A DNA stretch of 64,000 bases, taken from NCBI GenBank assembly GCA_963666305.1, contig OY762722.1:5378903-5442902 (forward strand). Direction: 5' to 3'. The notes below the pieces were generated by a model that was not told the origin of the DNA, ran no database searches, and was given only the letters and a program-made list of their open reading frames with translations. Below, in pieces: positions 1-6,947 of this stretch. A program made the translations under genes and the position numbers. Source of the DNA: Candidatus Poribacteria bacterium. GTDB taxonomy: Bacteria > Poribacteria > WGA-4E > WGA-3G. The first letter of the stretch is position 1. Each line of letters opens with the position of its first letter.

Positions 1-600
1 GAACGTCATGAACTCGGTATCCTCGGCGGGAAGCAGGATCAATACGCCAGCGCAATCGGTGGAATTCATTTTATGGAGTTTCAGGGGGAAGAGGTGAAAA
101 CCTCACCACTGAAATTTCCACTACACATCCGTTGTGAACTTGAAAAGAACCTTGTCCTCTGTTATACCGGAAAGTCTCGCCTCTCTGGTAATATACATCA
201 AAATGTGACCGATGCTTATAAAAGCGGAGAACCGAGTGTTCGTGATGCCTTGGAAACCCTCAAAACCACCGCTGAGGCAACAAAAACAGCACTAATGCGC
301 GGTCACCTGACCGAATTCGGCGAACTTCTCACCCAAAATTGGCAGAATCAGAAAAGGTTACACCCCTCTGTCACAAATGAACAGATAGAATCCCTCTTTA
401 AAATTGCAATGACGCATGGCGCGATCGGTGGAAAAGCTTGTGGTGCCGGTGGTGGTGGATGTCTACTGTTTTACTGCGAACCTACACGTGAACATCGCGT
501 CCGTCAAAAACTTGAAGAAGCAGGCGCGCGGGTCATTGATGTGAACTTTGATTTTGACGGTCTCCAAATATGGAAGGCCTCAAGTGAAACAGCTACATAG
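1..600 (+). CDS. GHMP-family sugar kinase, C-terminal part (5' end outside window)
   Basis: Frame 1 is open from nt 1 (ERHELGILGGKQDQYASAIGG...) into listed ORF 73..600. The GGKQDQY and GAIGGKACGAGGGGCLLFY segments are GHMP-kinase-like. Confidence 0.7.
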   Translation, partial: ERHELGILGGKQDQYASAIGGIHFMEFQGEEVKTSPLKFPLHIRCELEKNLVLCYTGKSRLSGNIHQNVTDAYKSGEPSVRDALETLKTTAEATKTALMRGHLTEFGELLTQNWQNQKRLHPSVTNEQIESLFKIAMTHGAIGGKACGAGGGGCLLFYCEPTREHRVRQKLEEAGARVIDVNFDFDGLQIWKASSETAT

Positions 601-689
601 ACTCTTTATAACTGTTCATCTCTTCATTCTCCATTGAAATTAACCAAAAAATCATCGTGGAACGATGCCCATATTTAATAGTTTAAAAA

Positions 690-1709
690 ATGAAAAATGA
701 CATCTCAACGTCGCAGACCGGAACAGATATAGAAGCCGCCGAAGCCTTGAAAACGGCGAAGGAAAATATTTTAAACCAACTCAGAAAGCGAATCATTGGG
801 CAAGACGAAGTCATCGAGCAACTCCTTATCGCACTCTTTTCGCAGGGACACTGTTTGCTGGTAGGCGTGCCGGGATTAGCGAAAACACTGCTCATCAGCA
901 CCTTCGCGCGGATTCTGGAACTCCCTTTCAATCGAATCCAATTTACACCAGACCTGATGCCATCGGACATTATCGGCACCGATATTATTGAGGAAGGTGA
1001 GGCAGGGAAACGCGCTTTCCGCTTTATTAATGGACCGGTCTTTGCTAACATCGTCCTTGCTGATGAGATTAACCGAACACCCCCTAAAACGCAAGCCGCA
1101 CTCTTACAGGCAATGCAGGAGTACCAAGTCACCGCAGGCGGCAGAACTTATCCTTTGGAACGTCCGTTTTTTGTTTTAGCGACACAGAATCCGATCGAGC
1201 AGGAAGGCACCTATCCGCTACCCGAAGCGCAACTCGATCGATTCATGTTCCATATCACACTGGATTATCCCGATAAAACTGCCGAAAAAGAGATTGTGAT
1301 GACAACAACTGCGGCTTATGAACCTGAGATAGAACCTGTTATCACAGGAGAAGAAGTCTTGCGAATACAACAGGTCGTCCGAAAAGTGCCGATCGCCGAA
1401 GCAATTGTGGACTATGCAGTGGAATTGAACCGACAGACGCGACCTGCTTCAGATGCGCTCGATTTCATTCAGGATTGGGTGCAGTGGGGCGCAGGACCGC
1501 GGGCATCGCAATACCTCGTACTGGGAGCAAAGGCGCGTGCCATTCTTCAAGGACGCTATCATGTCAGTTATGAGGATATTAAGGCAGTCGCTGTACCTGT
1601 GCTACGCCACCGAATTTTGACGAATTTCAACGCCGAAGCTGATGGAATCACAAGCTTGGATATTATCAATAGACTGTTAGAAAATGTTCAGCCACCAGCA
1701 GTTCAATGA
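690..1709 (+). CDS. MoxR-like AAA+ ATPase
   Basis: 339 aa. Walker A GVPGLAKT, Walker B VLADEINR, and FFVLATQNPIEQEGTYPLPEAQLDRF and WGAGPRASQ blocks typical of MoxR/AAA_3. No DUF58/VWA partner gene follows. Confidence 0.9.
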   Translation: MKNDISTSQTGTDIEAAEALKTAKENILNQLRKRIIGQDEVIEQLLIALFSQGHCLLVGVPGLAKTLLISTFARILELPFNRIQFTPDLMPSDIIGTDIIEEGEAGKRAFRFINGPVFANIVLADEINRTPPKTQAALLQAMQEYQVTAGGRTYPLERPFFVLATQNPIEQEGTYPLPEAQLDRFMFHITLDYPDKTAEKEIVMTTTAAYEPEIEPVITGEEVLRIQQVVRKVPIAEAIVDYAVELNRQTRPASDALDFIQDWVQWGAGPRASQYLVLGAKARAILQGRYHVSYEDIKAVAVPVLRHRILTNFNAEADGITSLDIINRLLENVQPPAVQ

Positions 1710-1722
1710 ATGGAGGTTTCCT

Positions 1723-1882
1723 ATGCGTGCAATTGACGCTTTTAAAATGGATAAGGCAACGTTTTCTGTGCTATCCTCTTTTGAAGAAGCGGATGAAACT
1801 GATAAGGCATACTGGCACTCTAAGTCTTTCTTCGACCCGTTTGGAGGCACTCGAATTGATGCGGCAGATTAACTTTCAGTAA
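1723..1882 (+). pseudogene. small conserved hypothetical gene, apparently frameshifted and possibly 3'-truncated at the isrB locus
   Basis: RBS TGGAGG 1711-1716 and ATG 1723. The frame reads MRAIDAFKMDKATFSVLSSFEEADETDKAYWHSKS. The helix-like continuation STRLEALELMRQINFQ* lies in the +1 frame (stop 1880-1882), implying a 1-nt indel within TCTTTCTTC 1825-1833. This could be a sequencing error. Confidence 0.4.
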
Positions 1883-2083
1883 CTCCACACTAAAGCGTGG
1901 AGATTGTTAGAATATCGGTAGCCAGCCGGGACCCTAACAACGTGAGATACTGAATACAGTAATATATCGCGGACCTTGTGGTGGCACACAATAAGATGTT
2001 TCGGATGCTCCCCAAGTCTGATTCCTCTCTGGTGCCGTGATCTGGAAGGGGCAACATATAACCCGAAAGGGAGATTACAAACT
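1883..2083 (+). ncRNA. omegaRNA-like structured RNA candidate upstream of isrB (locus 1)
   Basis: Collinear conserved blocks shared with 40217-40414: TACAGTAATATATCG, TGTGGTGG, GGATnCTCCCC and GATCTGGAAGGGGCAA. Two stems carry compensatory changes: 1883-1902, and 1904-1910 paired with 1934-1940. Exact ends are unknown. Confidence 0.6.
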
Positions 2084-3130
2084 ATGTTTGTGCCTGTAAA
2101 GAGCAAAGACGATAAACACTTAATGCCAACAACACCTGTCCGAGCTGCCATGATGATCAAAAGTGGTGAAGCAACACCTTATTGGAATAACGGCATCTTC
2201 TGTATTAGACTTAACAGGGAACCGTCTGGACGCTACAAGCAAGAGATCGTTGTAGGCGTGGACCCCGGCAGTAAGAAAGAAGGTTTTACGGTTAAAAGTG
2301 CATCACATACTTACTTGAATGTGCAAGCGGATGCACACAATAATGTGGGCAAGAAGGTTGCGAAGCGTCGTGAACTTCGTAGAGTTAGAAGATCGCGTAA
2401 GTGTCCAAATAGAAAGAACCGCATGAATCGAATGGCTAACAAAGCACGCATACCCGCAGGCACACGCGCAAGGTGGGACTGGAAACTTCGTATCCTTGAT
2501 TGGTTGTCTAAGATGTATCCTATCACTCATATCTGTGTGGAGGACATTAAGGCGAGGACGATACAACGCGCACGGCGATGGAATCAGTCATTCAGTCCGC
2601 TTGAAGTCGGCAAAAACTGGTTCTATTCTGAAATAGAAAAGCGTTGGGTTCTTTTCAGGCTTTTGGGTCACAAGACGAAAAAGGCTCGCGACAGATTAGG
2701 TCTGAAGAAGTCGTCTAATAAGCTTGCTGAAACATTTGCTGCATATTGTGTAGATTCCTGGTGTTTAGCATATCACATAGTTGGTGGTGACCGCATAGTA
2801 GACAATACAGGTATTTTCTGTATATCGCCCATAACTATAGAACGGCGCAGTCTACACAGACAACTCCCACAGAAAGGGGGTAGGCGACCGCGGTATGGTG
2901 GCACAAGGTGTCTTGGCTTGGGTAAAGGCACGCTTGTAAAGCATATCAAGCATGGCTTGGCGGTGATATGTGGTAGAATGAACAAATACCTATGTTTACA
3001 ACCTGTAGAAGGTGGTAAACGCATCACCCGATCTGCGAAAGTGTCAGACTGCAAGATATTACGCGGACTTAACTTTAGATATAAACCTGTTGCTATACAT
3101 CAAAAACTACAAAAGGTATTGGTAACCTGA
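2084..3130 (+). CDS. isrB: IsrB-like RNA-guided nickase candidate (IscB homologue lacking HNH; RRXRR/PLMP-RuvC protein)
   Basis: 348 aa from ATG 2084 (MFVPV...). PLMP-type N-terminus (KHLMPTTPVRA), RuvC-I VGVDPGSKKEG, Arg-rich bridge helix KRRELRRVRRSRKCPNRKNR, RuvC-II ITHICVEDIKA, RuvC-III AAYCVDSWCLAYH. No HNH insert. The ORF-track extension to 1976 is non-coding leader. Confidence 0.75.
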   Translation: MFVPVKSKDDKHLMPTTPVRAAMMIKSGEATPYWNNGIFCIRLNREPSGRYKQEIVVGVDPGSKKEGFTVKSASHTYLNVQADAHNNVGKKVAKRRELRRVRRSRKCPNRKNRMNRMANKARIPAGTRARWDWKLRILDWLSKMYPITHICVEDIKARTIQRARRWNQSFSPLEVGKNWFYSEIEKRWVLFRLLGHKTKKARDRLGLKKSSNKLAETFAAYCVDSWCLAYHIVGGDRIVDNTGIFCISPITIERRSLHRQLPQKGGRRPRYGGTRCLGLGKGTLVKHIKHGLAVICGRMNKYLCLQPVEGGKRITRSAKVSDCKILRGLNFRYKPVAIHQKLQKVLVT

Positions 3131-3186
3131 ATGTGATACGAATTGTCCAAAACTTAGTATTTTTAATCTTCATACTGACTTTTTCA

Positions 3187-3215
3187 TTGACATTTCTTTT
3201 CAGAGATGTTATCAT
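3187..3215 (+). promoter_or_regulatory. sigma-70-type promoter for the AT-rich two-gene cassette
   Basis: TTGACA (3187-3192), 17-nt spacer, TATCAT (3210-3215), about 100 nt upstream of the 3319 start. Confidence 0.6.
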
Positions 3216-3318
3216 TATTATAACTGAATGTGATGCAGCGGGGTCCAGAGGAGGGTCTTGTTAACTTCACATCACTACTTAACCAACCAATACCCTCGTT
3301 TTTTAGAGGAAAGGAAAA

Positions 3319-3585
3319 ATGAAATTATGGCAAGATAAAGAAGTTGTGAACGCTCTGAGGCGTATTTTGGAAAGTTATAATTGCCTGGTGTATGATGAAG
3401 CAGGTTCACAACGGTTCGGGTGTCTATTAAGGGTTAGAGTCATCAAACCAAGTTCTGAAAACATCTCATCGATTATTGAAACGATTCGTCAAAAATTAAA
3501 GAAAGAAACCGGAAGGAGTTTTACCATGATAGGAGAAGCGAGTTCTACTTACAGCATAAGAGAGCATGTTTGTAGAAAGGAATGA
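3319..3585 (+). CDS. hypothetical protein (88 aa), first gene of AT-rich cassette
   Basis: GAGGAAAGGA RBS immediately upstream of the ATG; AT-rich; no family recognised. Confidence 0.55.
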   Translation: MKLWQDKEVVNALRRILESYNCLVYDEAGSQRFGCLLRVRVIKPSSENISSIIETIRQKLKKETGRSFTMIGEASSTYSIREHVCRKE

Positions 3586-3588
3586 ATT

Positions 3589-4194
3589 ATGATTGCTAAG
3601 GGATATAATCACCAAACTATACAACCATTACAACATCACAATACGATGTGGGACGACTTAATAGCACATTATGAACGCCAACCACCACAACCACCACAAC
3701 CGCTACAAAACATAAAGCCAACTCAACCGAAACAACAAGCCTCACCAGAAGATATAAAACGAAATCAATTTTGTGTTCAAGACTGCCAAAAGCAATACTC
3801 AAATAAAGAGATTCGGGTTCATTCTGTAGAAACTAATCGATTGATAATTCGAATCCAAGATAACACTAACATTTACAAGTCTATTATTTCGGTTTATTGC
3901 GCATCTTTATTTTTAAAACGTAAGAAACCTCACTACGAACCTCAATGGGTCTATGTAGATAAGGAAACATACGAGAAATATCATGCGGATATCTATCTTA
4001 GTTATGATCCATTTACATTTCAACCAGAGGGGTTTGCTATGCGAGGTCAATTATTCTTAACGGAACCGTTCGGTAGACCTGGTGTTTGGGTTTATGGAAT
4101 AATGCGTGCAGAACTTGACCGTAATATAGATCAATTATTTGATTTAAATTATTTATTGCAAAACTCACAACTTGAGTCAATTAGCTATGTTTGA
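3589..4194 (+). CDS. hypothetical protein (201 aa), second gene of AT-rich cassette
   Basis: ATG lies 3 nt after the upstream stop (coupled), with an AAAGGAA RBS. Q/P-rich N-terminal stretch (PPQPPQPLQ). A long ORF in stop-rich AT-rich DNA. No family recognised. Confidence 0.65.
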   Translation: MIAKGYNHQTIQPLQHHNTMWDDLIAHYERQPPQPPQPLQNIKPTQPKQQASPEDIKRNQFCVQDCQKQYSNKEIRVHSVETNRLIIRIQDNTNIYKSIISVYCASLFLKRKKPHYEPQWVYVDKETYEKYHADIYLSYDPFTFQPEGFAMRGQLFLTEPFGRPGVWVYGIMRAELDRNIDQLFDLNYLLQNSQLESISYV

Positions 4195-4203
4195 CTAACC
4201 GAT

Positions 4204-4241
4204 AAGGCGATGCACATTACCTATGCATCGCCTTGTTTTTT
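4204..4241 (+). terminator. rho-independent terminator after the cassette
   Basis: Stem AAGGCGATGCA / TGCATCGCCTT with a 9-nt loop, followed by GTTTTTT. Confidence 0.8.
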
Positions 4242-4426
4242 ATAAGAGAATGACAAAGACCTAATCCGACAGATTGTGCTACCAGCTGACTTCCATTGTG
4301 TAATTCTTATAAACTGAGACATTGATAACGACCATCGTAGTTGTGGTAATTTATGAACCACCCTCGATTAACCAAGAACTACCGTGAAACGTGGTGGAAC
4401 GATGGCCATATTTAATAATTTAAAAT

Positions 4427-5806
4427 ATGAAAATTGCAATTATAGGAACAGGATATGTTGGCTTGACCACGGCTGTGGTGCTGGCATATCTGAATCATGA
4501 TGTCGCTGCGGTGGACAAAGACGAGAGCAAACTAAACCTTTTGCACGAAGGAAAAAGTCCGATCCATGAACCCGGCATCCAAAATCTCCTTGAAGAGGTG
4601 CAACACACCATCCGTTTCACACCGAATGTCGCTGAAGTTGTACCGGAGGCAGAACTGATTCTGATTGCTGTGGGAACACCACCGAAGAAGAACGGTGAAG
4701 CGGATACGCAACATGTGGAACAAGCCACCAAAGAGGTTGCCCAAGTCTGTCTGCCTGATAGGCATTATACACTCGTTGTGAAATCGACAGTCCCGATAGG
4801 CACGAATCAGCGTGTCGCTGAAGTTGTGGAGGCGATATTTTCGGAACGTGGGCTTCGAGGGAACGTTTCCATCGCTTCAAATCCGGAATTTTTGCAAGAG
4901 GGGTTGGCGTTGCAAGGCGCGTTCTATCCGGATCGGATCGTCGTTGGTGCGAACAGCGATGAAGCGATTGATACCTTGCGTCGTCTCTATAAACCGATCC
5001 TCGAACAGACGTTTGATCCACCGAGCGAGTTTCCGCGTCCGTCTTCTTATCACCTACCACCAATGATGACAACGGATCCAAACAGTGCTGAGATGATTAA
5101 ATACGCCGCGAACACCTTCCTCGCGCTTAAAATTAGTTTTATCAATGAAATTGCGGGGCTCTGTGAGGAGGTTGAGGCAGACGTAACAGAAGTCGCCCGC
5201 GGTATCGGACTTGACGCACGTATTGGGAATCAATTTCTCCAAGCAGGTCTCGGATGGGGCGGCAGTTGTTATCCGAAAGATACCGCTGCTTTGTTAGGGG
5301 TTGCCGCGCAAACTGGATACGAAATGCCGATTACGGAAGCCGCGCGCACCGTCAACTTCCGCCAACGGGAGCGTGTCGTCGAAAAATTGCACAGCACATT
5401 AGGTACACTCAATGGCAAGACCATTGGTATCCTTGGGCTCGCCTTCAAACCAAACACCGATGACATTCGAGAAGCACCCGCACTTGACATTGTCCGTGAG
5501 CTGATTGCAGCGGGGGCAATCGTTCGGGCACACGATCCGATCGCTATTGTAAACGCACACCGCGCCTTAAGTGAGAACGGCGAAACTAACGATAACAAAG
5601 TGCTTTTCACGGAAGATGTATACGAACTCTCGGACGATGCCGACGCACTCGTGCTCGTTACCGAATGGGAACTCTATCACAAGCTTGAACTCCGTAGACT
5701 CGCCAAGCAGATGAAGACTCCGATCCTCATTGATGGACGCAACGTTTATTCTGCCGAAGAAGCGAGGGCTGCAGGTTTCCATTATATCGGAATCGGCAGA
5801 GCGTAA
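4427..5806 (+). CDS. ugd: UDP-glucose 6-dehydrogenase (nucleotide-sugar dehydrogenase family)
   Basis: 459 aa. Rossmann N-terminus MKIAIIGTGYVGL, catalytic-Cys block GWGGSCYPKD, C-terminal UDP-binding domain. Confidence 0.9.
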   Translation: MKIAIIGTGYVGLTTAVVLAYLNHDVAAVDKDESKLNLLHEGKSPIHEPGIQNLLEEVQHTIRFTPNVAEVVPEAELILIAVGTPPKKNGEADTQHVEQATKEVAQVCLPDRHYTLVVKSTVPIGTNQRVAEVVEAIFSERGLRGNVSIASNPEFLQEGLALQGAFYPDRIVVGANSDEAIDTLRRLYKPILEQTFDPPSEFPRPSSYHLPPMMTTDPNSAEMIKYAANTFLALKISFINEIAGLCEEVEADVTEVARGIGLDARIGNQFLQAGLGWGGSCYPKDTAALLGVAAQTGYEMPITEAARTVNFRQRERVVEKLHSTLGTLNGKTIGILGLAFKPNTDDIREAPALDIVRELIAAGAIVRAHDPIAIVNAHRALSENGETNDNKVLFTEDVYELSDDADALVLVTEWELYHKLELRRLAKQMKTPILIDGRNVYSAEEARAAGFHYIGIGRA

Positions 5807-5825
5807 ATCCTAAGTATCAAAAACG

Positions 5826-5914
5826 TTAGCCTGTAACGAAGTGGAGGGCGGGTTTAAGGAACGTACGTGATAACTCTGGCGCACGTTGTTTAACCGCAAG
5901 GTAAAATTAAAAAT
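5826..5914 (+). repeat. diverged copy (C) of the ~88-nt leader motif
   Basis: Shares the 5' block TAGCCTGyAAC...GGCGGGT and the 3' block AACCGCAAGGwAwAATTAAAAAT with 35681-35768 and 50659-50748, at similar length. Confidence 0.45.
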
Positions 5915-6034
5915 CCTGAACCTTTTGATGTCAATTGGCAGCGATATTGTCCGAAAAAGCCGTTTCCGCCGTATCGCCATATACCGGGTGTCACACCGCA
6001 TCCGATTCGCGATCCACTTGGGCACAGTTACGGA

Positions 6035-6466
6035 GTGGAAGAAGATCATGATGCTGAACCCTTGTCGCCAAAAATGTGGAGACAGAACGAAGATTACCTG
6101 TACGGTGTGGATCTCTACAATTTTGCCTACTGGTGGGAGGCACATGAAGCGTGGGAAGGGTTGTGGCACCGAGCGGAAGACACGTATCGCTTGTTCCTTC
6201 AAGGGTTAATTCAGGTGTCGGCAGCCTTCATCAAGTATCATACACGGATGCTGCGTCCGCTATGCACGCTTTCTACTGCGGGACGCGATAAATTGCGACA
6301 GGTTGTCGTTGAATGTGACGACGCATCGGGAAATTACATGGGACTCAACCTACCAGCGTTTTTGGACACTGCCGACGCGTTTTTCGATCCGTTCTTTGAC
6401 GACACCGTTACGGAAGCCACCTTTCGTAGAGACTCTGTTAAGCCACTCATACTGTTGATGGATTAG
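6035..6466 (+). CDS. DUF309-like protein (N-terminus probably extends upstream; see findings)
   Basis: YNFAYWWEAHEAWEGLW matches the DUF309 signature as I recall it. The family-like PFPPYRHIPGVTPHP segment lies in frame upstream of the GTG at 6035 with no canonical start. Confidence 0.6.
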   Translation: MEEDHDAEPLSPKMWRQNEDYLYGVDLYNFAYWWEAHEAWEGLWHRAEDTYRLFLQGLIQVSAAFIKYHTRMLRPLCTLSTAGRDKLRQVVVECDDASGNYMGLNLPAFLDTADAFFDPFFDDTVTEATFRRDSVKPLILLMD

Positions 6467-6659
6467 CGAGTTGTCTTGGTTATTTTCACACTTGGCGCGA
6501 ATTTAATCTCTGCAGAATGCAAGCAGTATTGCAACATGGGTCCCCACCCGCGTAAGGGCGAGGCTACATCGCTCCTACAGGAACAAGGGCAACGCGGCAC
6601 TGATACCAAGCCCGTTGTTAGATCGATAATGCTGTTTTACGCTTGGCGCGAGGTTAAAA

Positions 6660-6938
6660 ATGTCTTTTCTCTTTTTCAGCCTCTTCTGTGTCTTCATCGT
6701 CGTGTTGCTGGTTGTTCTCTTCAAGGTAGGTGCCTATTTTGGCAAAAGCGATGCCGATGAATTTCGTGCGGTTCGGTGTCCACAATGTCAAACCCGACGG
6801 AAACCCGAAAAGACTGGGACTGTCAGAAACCTTGTTGAACTTGAGATGCGCTGCCCGCGTTGCGGATATATCTCATGGGATGTTCCGCCGAAAACGAATC
6901 TTTCCACACGGCCCACGGATCGGGACAACTCACTATAA
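6660..6938 (+). CDS. small membrane-anchored zinc-ribbon protein, hypothetical
   Basis: 92 aa. Hydrophobic N-terminus FLFFSLFCVFIVVLLVVLF, then CPQC...CPRC. Confidence 0.45.
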   Translation: MSFLFFSLFCVFIVVLLVVLFKVGAYFGKSDADEFRAVRCPQCQTRRKPEKTGTVRNLVELEMRCPRCGYISWDVPPKTNLSTRPTDRDNSL

Positions 6939-6947
6939 GGACTGCAG

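Larger units (their letters stand above)
1876..3130 (+). mobile_element. IsrB-type (IS200/IS605-superfamily OMEGA) locus 1: conserved leader RNA region plus isrB ORF; no TnpA
   Basis: Homology to the second locus (40211-41437) starts at about 1876 and fades at about 3085. No transposase gene or terminal repeats were recognised, so mobility is unproven. Confidence 0.55.

Noticed and set aside
659-676. TGGAACGATGCCCATAT in the duplicated leader, considered as a -24/-12 promoter.
   Set aside because: The GG-to-GC spacing is 6 nt rather than 10, so it does not fit sigma-54 geometry.
1976-2083. ORF-track N-terminal extensions of both isrB ORFs (1976-2083 and 40241-40414).
   Set aside because: The extensions are not similar at the aa level between the paralogues, whereas the DNA shows block conservation and compensatory stems. 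Both proteins align from the MFVPV Met, which matches the IscB/IsrB N-terminus. The upstream part is treated as an open frame over non-coding RNA.
3127-3234. 11-bp direct repeat CTGAATGTGAT considered as a target-site duplication of a small insertion.
   Set aside because: IS200/IS605-type elements do not make target-site duplications, and no inverted repeats or transposase are associated. It is mentioned only as context for the cassette.
5810-6202. 130-aa minus-strand ORF antisense to the DUF309 region, and numerous nested or antisense ORFs inside long genes throughout the track.
   Set aside because: They are shadow ORFs inside well-supported genes on the opposite strand or in other frames, with no independent evidence.
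6476-6660. 185-bp gap with the direct repeat CTTGGCGCGA (6491, 6642) and a GC-rich core, checked for tRNA or small RNA.
   Set aside because: No cloverleaf or T-loop (GTTCRA) was found, nor a convincing stable structure or terminator. The listed 94-aa ORF has no coding support. Left unannotated.
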